A stretch of DNA of 56,248 nucleotides, filler included, from Dirinaria sp. TL-2023a (lineage: Eukaryota), in NCBI GenBank assembly GCA_051941275.1. It is 3 parts of 3 records of this genome, joined end to end, with 100 filler letters (N's around TTAATTAATTAA, not from the genome) between each part and the next. Parts side by side here need not be neighbours in the genome. Positions count along the whole stretch, not along the records: positions 37,592 to 56,248 come from JAVEBF010000373.1; 2 more parts are not named here. One strand, 5' to 3'. Under the pieces are notes generated by a model, which made no database searches, was not told where the DNA came from, and saw only the letters and a program-made list of their open reading frames with translations. Shown in pieces: positions 49,505 through 56,248 of the stretch (positions are counted from its first letter, which is position 1; every line of letters starts with the position of its first letter). Both the position numbers and the translations under genes were made by a program.

Positions 49505-52500
49505 ATGGCCTCGAATGGTGAAATCATTCCGTTCAAGGACGACCATCCAATTACTCCACACGCTCCTGATCACTACCTAAGTGACGAAGATGAAAGAATT
49601 GCTGCTACCAACAAGCGGAAGGAAACGCAATTCAAGGCATCGCACGGACTCGTAGTAGCTTTTTTCTTGTGGATATTGTACGCTCCACAAAAATCACCAT
49701 TGCCTCGCTAACGAGCTCAGCTGTCTTCACGTTCTTGGTATATATTTCTTCACGAAAGGGTTTCTCTTGACTAGATTAGTCCTGGACCATAAGTCCAATT
49801 GCACTTCTCCTCCAGTCGAATTTCAATTGCAACAACTTGGTGATCACACCAAAGGTTGTTGGCATCCAAAGACCTTCGACAAAGCCGTGATTCTCATCAT
49901 CGACGCACTTCGCTACGATTTTACTGTCCCACATCAAGATAAGCCTCATGTTTTCCATAACAACCTTCGAGTGCTTCACGAAACAGCCAGCCAGCAGCCG
50001 CGCAACGCTTTTCTCCTTCCCTTCATTGCGGACCCTCCTACGACAACCCTTCAACGATTGAAAGGGTTGACAACTGGCACCTTACCTACCTTCGTCGAAT
50101 CTGGGTCCAATTTTGCAGGGACGGCTATTGAGGAAGATAATCTCATTGAACAGTTGCGGGTTGCGGGCAAAACGCTGGTTCATCTTGGTGACGACACGTG
50201 GCATTCGTTATTCCCTGGATATTTCGATCCAAATCTTACCCACTCTTATGACTCTTTCAATGTGTGGGACCTGCATACCGTGGATAATGGAGTCACCGAA
50301 CATTTGCTGCCTCTGCTTGGAGGATCCAATGTGAGAAAGTGGGATGTGACGTTTGGCCATTATCTCGGAGTCGATCACGCAGGCCATCGATATGGACCTG
50401 ATCATCCGGCAATGGCTGCCAAACTTAGTCAAATGGATGAAGTGATACGGCAGATCATAGACGCCATCAGCGATGAGACCCTACTGGTGGTTATGGGGGA
50501 TCACGGCATGGATACGAAAGGTGACCACGGCGGAGAATCGGACGACGAGGTAGAGGCAGCACTATGGATGTACTCCAAAAAGGGTGTCTTCGGCCGTCTT
50601 CATGACCAACACGTCGAACCCCCTGTTACAGCGAAAGAGCGACCCATAGCTCAGATAGATCTTGTACCGACACTGTCACTGCTTCTAGGGCTGCCTATTC
50701 CCTTCAACAACCTTGGAGCACCTATTACCGAAGCATTCGTCGGCAAAGGCAAGCCGGATTTCAAAAATCTAGCAACTGTCAACCGGCTTAGTGCTGCTCA
50801 GGCTAGTGGGTATCAACGCGAGTACGCACTCGCTAGAGGTTTCGATGCTGCGGCTTTCGAGAAGTCATTGATCCTTCGAGACAAAGCTTTCGCTCTCTAC
50901 GAAGAGATAGCTTCAGTTTTTCAGAGTCCTGAAGGGTATAGAGCGGCATTTGAAGCGCTTATGCACTATCAGAAGGAAACCTTGAGTGCATACAAAGACC
51001 TTTGGGCCAGGTTTGACGTGTTAAGCATGGTCGAAGGCATTGCTACATTGATTTGCGCTGCGGGTGTACTGGGACACTACGCAAGGTCAGCAGCCGTAAA
51101 TAAGACCGCTGTCGTCCCACTTTATTTGAAAAAATTTGGAGTGTTTAGTATGGTTGGTGCTATCGCGGGCATTTCTGTGAGGTCTTTCTATTCCATCACT
51201 GCTTCGGACATGATTCTTATCGTTGCTGGAGCTGGAGTTACCGGCTTTTCTACCGCGGCGATTCAAGTGGAACCCGAGAGCTACAAGATGCCGACATCGA
51301 TTTCCACGTGGAGCTGGCTATCTATCGTTTCCACATTGCTCCCAGCCATAGGTTTTGCTTCAAATTCCTACACTATTTGGGAGGATGAGATCTTATTGTT
51401 TTTCTTAGGCACCTTCGCAATGATTGCTTTGGTCTCCTCATTCCGCCAGAGCAGTATGCCCGACCGAATTTTGGGTATTTCTCAAGCGGCTTTGTTCTTT
51501 TCCCTTACACGCGTGGCTTCGTTGTCCCGACTTTGTAGAGAGGAACAGATGCCGTACTGCAGATCGACATACTACGCCTCGTCTAACTCCTCGACGTCGG
51601 CCCCCTGGCAGCTTCTGATCCCAGCGGTCCTAGCCCTGTTTCTACCATTGGCTATCAAGCTATACTATCAACGAACACTTTCGTATGAAGGATCGGCCAT
51701 TCTATGGATTGGCGTCGCGACAAGGATAGGACTTCTGGGAGCGGCCATTTATTGGGGTCTGGATGCGGCAGACGATAATGAATGGCTTACCTCCAACAAG
51801 CCCAGGCTCAGGACACTGAAGAGCGTCTTGGCGCAGCTGGTATTGGGCCTTTCTTTCGCCGCGGGTACCACCATGTTCATTTGGGCTAAGCCGTGCATCA
51901 GTATAGAGCTGGCGCCGACAACAACCGGATCTGTGAACAGCGTTCGACCACCCAAGCTGAAGACGGTGACGGTGTCAGGCTACGCGAACATGCACGGATC
52001 TCGCTATTTCTTGCTTGTCGCAAATTGGCTAATCGCTCTTGTTCTGCTGGAGAAGCCTATGGGTGGAGGTGCGATTGGTGCCCTTGTGATTCAGATACTT
52101 GCCTTGCTGGAGATTGTCAATGCCAACAATCTTTCGGAAGCTGCCATCGCCCCGGTCGTCCTGGGCCTTCTCGGCAATTTTCATTTTTTTAAAACTGGCC
52201 ATCAAGCAACTTTAGCGAGCATACAGTGGGAATCAGCTTTCATTCCTTTGAAAACAATTCGATACCCTTGGACACCGCTTCTTTTGGTCTTGAATTCCTT
52301 CGGAGCGCAAATCCTTACTACAACAGCTGTGCCTCTGGTCGTCTTATGGAAGCAGCCACCGAAGAAGCCTGGCCTTCTAGGAGATGTAGCCAAGGCTGTG
52401 GCTACCTATTTGCTCTATCATGCGATCATAAATCTGACAACCACAATGTGGGCTGCTTGGCTCCGGCGGCACTTGATGCTGTATCGGATCTTTAGCCCAC

Positions 52501-52616
52501 GATTTATGACAGGAGCAGCAGTTCTGCTTGTTGTGGATGTGATTGGAATCATCGTGGCTATGGGCGGAGTCAGATGCAACGTTGTGAGCATTTCTGAGGT
52601 TTTCGGATGGCAATGA
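49505..52616 (+). CDS. gpi13: GPI ethanolamine phosphate transferase 3 (Gpi13/PIG-O), 2 exons
   Basis: Intron ~49678-49720. Motifs 'FFTKGFLLTR', 'IIDALRYDF', 'ADPPTTTLQRLKGLTTG', 'GVDHAGH', 'GDHGM', 'SNSYTIWED', 'WLRRHLMLYRIFSPRF'. Confidence 0.96.
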
Positions 52617-53033
52617 GGGGGCTTGTGATATTAAGGATGGTTGCATGTATTCTGAGATACCCGGCCCATAGCCTGTACGCATGTTGAGAACGTTTAGAAT
52701 GTACATAGCAAAAATATAAAATTATACGAATCACAATTGGTCAGCCCGATTCGTCAGCTAGAATTCCTGTGATTTTGGCTTGTACATCCTGAACGGCGTA
52801 CACTTCGACAAAAGGAAAGTCAGGTACATTAGATATGCAGAAGCATGTTCCGCAAACCGAGATTTGCGCAGACTAGAGCTTCCACCAACTTGGATCATAA
52901 AGTAGATATATCTAAAGTACATAGTGTTGGCTCTGAAGCAAGCGCCAAGCCTAGCGCTGATAGCGTGATGAAGCTTAGGTAGATCTCGACAATACAGAGC
53001 TCCAGATACTCTTCCAATCACAGCCACGCCATC

Positions 53034-55593
53034 ATGGCCGAAGCTCCTGATCCCAAGACCTTCGCGTCATGGGAGGATGCTTTCAGGTATCCTGTTGCTG
53101 CGGTCCAGCAAATGGAGCGCCAGCTTCGGGGTGATATCAACACCAACAGGGAAAGACTGAGATCTCTAGTCGGGTATGGCTTTCTGACAGGGCTTCAAAC
53201 GCACATCTAGCTGACATGGAGACCTCTAAAGTGCAAGCTACCGCGATCTCCTCGGGACAGCAGAATCAATCATCGAAATGAACACTCAAATGAAGGATAT
53301 TGAGGTCTACCTTGGAAACATGAGCAGCAAATGCAATACTAGACTTTTGGAGAAGAAGGCCTCCAACCTGAGCAGCTGGGACAAGAATACAAGTATCGGA
53401 GGTATGTTGATGAGTGTTCATAGGTCTGATATACCTAGGCTGATTCCTCACATACCAGATAGCGATCGCTACGCTTTCGCGTCGCAACTGGCTGTGCTAC
53501 GAAGCTGCCCCGACGTGATTTCAAGACTTTTAAAGGAAGCGGCATCTGTACTCCTGGCAGCAAAGGTGCTTGTTCTATCTAGACTGTTGCATACAAAATT
53601 ATCGCAGCGTCCACAGCCATGTCCATACCTGGAAACTCTCCGTCATCATTTGGCTACTCTTCGTCGCAGACTCCTAGCAAAGGTTGACAGGATCATGAAG
53701 AAGGTGGATCAGTCAGGGGATCTTCTAGTAGACGCCATGTGTGCTTTTGCCTTAGCTACGAGTTCTTCTCCAACAGATGTCCTAAGACACTACCATCATG
53801 TGCGATTAGAAGCCATTCGTGAGCGAGAACAGGGCCATGGCATCAAGAGCAGTATATCACGGTCCTTGAAAATGTACGTCAACACATTGAAGAGTACTCG
53901 AGCAGTGATCCCAGGTCAGCTTTCGCAAGCTCTTAGAGCCCTTAAATCCGCTGCTATGTTGGAGAAAGCAGATATGCTCAATCTTATTGAACTCAACCTT
54001 GAATTTTATGAGAAAAACCTTGGTGACGAGATCAGGAAATTTACGCCTTACATCCGCCTTGAAAATCTTCAAAGTTCTGACTTAGAAAATCTACTCCAAA
54101 AATGGGCGCAGCAAGCCTTTTCAAGCTTGCTCGAACATGTCCGTGCCAATCTCAAAGAGATAGATGACAGCCATCAACTCATGGTCCTGCGTACTGAGAC
54201 GTTTCAGCTTTGGTTTTCAAACCAGCAGTATGTCACAGGCATAGCATCTACAGAAGTGGTCGATGAACTCCGGGATGTCTTTAATGCTCAATGGTTTAGC
54301 ATCGTAAGGCGACAGGCTGCTTCGCTCGCCCAGCTAAGCTCGACCGTCCACGAGATATTCCAGAACTGGCAAGACAGTGTATTAGACGATGATCTCTCGC
54401 TGTGGGCGCCTTCAATGATATCACAGGAGACGGCTAATGGCGCAAAACACTTCCGAGAGGCTCTCATGACGAGATTACAAGGTCGCAGTGGAGAGCTCAA
54501 CCTCGCCGTCAATCAATACACAAGGTGGACAATGAATATCAATGCCATTGATGACAGCATCCGGACGGCCTCAGGAACAAAATGGGCCGACGACCTGAAT
54601 GACATCGACGATGATGACGACATCCTCAATGATAAGCAACAACTTTTAAGCGAAGAGGACCCACGCACGATTCGACTAGAACTCTCAGAGTCCGTTAAAG
54701 CTGCCTTCAACGATCTCCAAGAATCATTAAAATCAGCCGCTGACGATGACTTGGGAGAGCAGGATCGTGGTCGAAAAGCCGTATTCTTGCTGCGGCTGTG
54801 GAGGGAAATCAGACAACATCTCCCAAAGAGCCACCCCAACGTGAGCCTGGGACTAGACGCCATCGGAAGCCTTCATCGTCTGATTACGCGGGTTGCTGCT
54901 GATGCGCCATTGGAGCGCGGCAAGGTACGTGCAAGGAAGACTTACAGCAAGTCGAGGGTGCCAGGCAGACCGCTTTGGGAAGGCGATCCTGCACTTCCTC
55001 GCTTGCCTTCGCCTTGGGCCTTTCGCTTGCTGCGGGAGCTTTCATGCTCCATGGCGGATATGGGCAGCGATGTCTGGAGCCGGCAATCCTCTGCTATTAT
55101 GAAGAAACATTTGAGAGAGTCTCTCGCGGCCATTTTCCAAGAGCTTAACCACACCGAGCCACACATTCCTTCCCCACCCAACGAAAGCGACGACAATGAT
55201 CAGCCCACAGACCAAGAAAGCACCTCGCAAAACCCACAAATCGAACCCGTCGCCAATGGATCTCAGCATCTACCTCGTGCGCAAAGCAACAGCCCTCCTC
55301 TACAGAACGGAGACGCGCATCCTTCTCCTCCCTCCAATAATCCCTCCTCCTCCTCCCAGCAGGAAACCGCCATCCAACGACTCTTCGACTTCCTATACCT
55401 TATGAACGCAACCGCCCCGACAATGACAACGGAGACCCAAATGCCTCAAGACCATCACGATCCGTGCCTGCCTCGCGAGCTGCAAGATTCTGCCGCAGAA
55501 TTAGATCTTAGCGCGGAATCCCTGACGAGGATGCAGAGAGCCGCGGAGGAGTATTGGGCGCGGACGGCGCTGCTGTTCGGCTTGCTGGCTTGA
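53034..55593 (+). CDS. cog1: Conserved oligomeric Golgi complex subunit 1 (Vps51/Vps67 N-terminal domain), 3 exons
   Basis: ATG 53034 'MAEAPDPKTFASWEDAFRYP...REKLRSLVG-ASYRDLLGTAESI'. C-terminal 'EEYWARTALLFGLLA*'. In-frame intron at 53402-53458. Confidence 0.85.
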
Positions 55594-55930
55594 GTTGAGG
55601 AGATTAAGTGGTGTAGGTTAGATAGATATTCCACCTCCGTGTGGTGGAAAAAATTTTTTCTTTTCAGGCCTGAGGCAAATATGCACAAAAAAGTGAGTCT
55701 AGGAGCTTGGAACAGCTATCATCAATCATCATCATCTCCCTATTAATAACTCTCCTGAATTTAAAGCAGTATATCCTTTTTTAAAGAAAAGAAATACCTC
55801 TCTCTCTCGTCTGGCAAAGAAAAAAATTTTTTTTTTTTTTTTTTTTTTTGGTCCTCTATATCCGGCAATAGTTATCGCGCCCCATGTATATACATACACC
55901 GTGGCACCGCGTATGAAATCAAGAATAAAC

Positions 55931-55968
55931 AAGGAAAGGAAAGGAAAGGAAAGGAAAGGAAAGGAAAG
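55931..55968 (+). repeat. (AAGGA)n pentanucleotide microsatellite
   Basis: About 7 units directly visible. Confidence 0.9.
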
Positions 55969-56115
55969 GGGGAAAAGAGGTGTTTCGGTCGGTATTTGAA
56001 TACTATAAACTAACATGTACCCACGGTACTCGTACTCGTACTTCCCAACCCATTCGAAAAAAATTGTCTGACAAATTTATTTATTTTCTAAACCAAAAGC
56101 AAAGACAACTATGTC

Positions 56116-56247
56116 CTATCCAAGACTGACATATCCAGGCCCAGCTCCACCGCCCGGTTCTTCCTCGACGCTCTTCAAGAGCGCTTCTGCTTCCCCTCCA
56201 CCATCACCAGCACCAGTACTAGAAGGAGAATTGGGATTATTACTCGT
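56116..56247 (-). CDS. Probable 3' end of an unidentified gene entering from the right edge
   Basis: Minus frame reads TSNNPNSPSSTGAGDGGGEAEALLKSVEEEPGGGAGPGYVSLG*, followed by a T-rich 3'UTR-like region. Confidence 0.4.
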   Translation of the reverse strand, partial: TSNNPNSPSSTGAGDGGGEAEALLKSVEEEPGGGAGPGYVSLG

Positions 56248-56248
56248 C

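Overview
Gene-dense genomic DNA from a filamentous ascomycete (Pezizomycotina), with short GT-AG introns and CTRAC-type branch points. The window is three contigs joined by artificial 100-nt spacers (N44-TTAATTAATTAA-N44 at 18711-18810 and 37492-37591), so gene order across those points is not biological. Most genes are housekeeping or regulatory: ole1, a uapC-like purine permease, a MOSC protein, rad55, creA, a Ser/Thr kinase, eIF3j, enolase, ARPC1, a UBX protein, rpl36, denA, PAC3, dhr1, cwc21, cdc123, gpi13 and cog1. Three things stand out. (1) A two-exon gene at 33400-34369 fuses a degenerate kinase C-lobe to an ISG12/Ifi-6-16-like Gly/Ala membrane segment and is bracketed by ~48-bp direct repeats; it is a candidate fungal cell-death or immune effector. 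(2) The usual creA N-terminus appears split across reading frames, leaving a uORF. (3) A FAR1/Mutator-derived DNA-binding protein lacks the transposase core. All family assignments come from motif recognition, not database searches.
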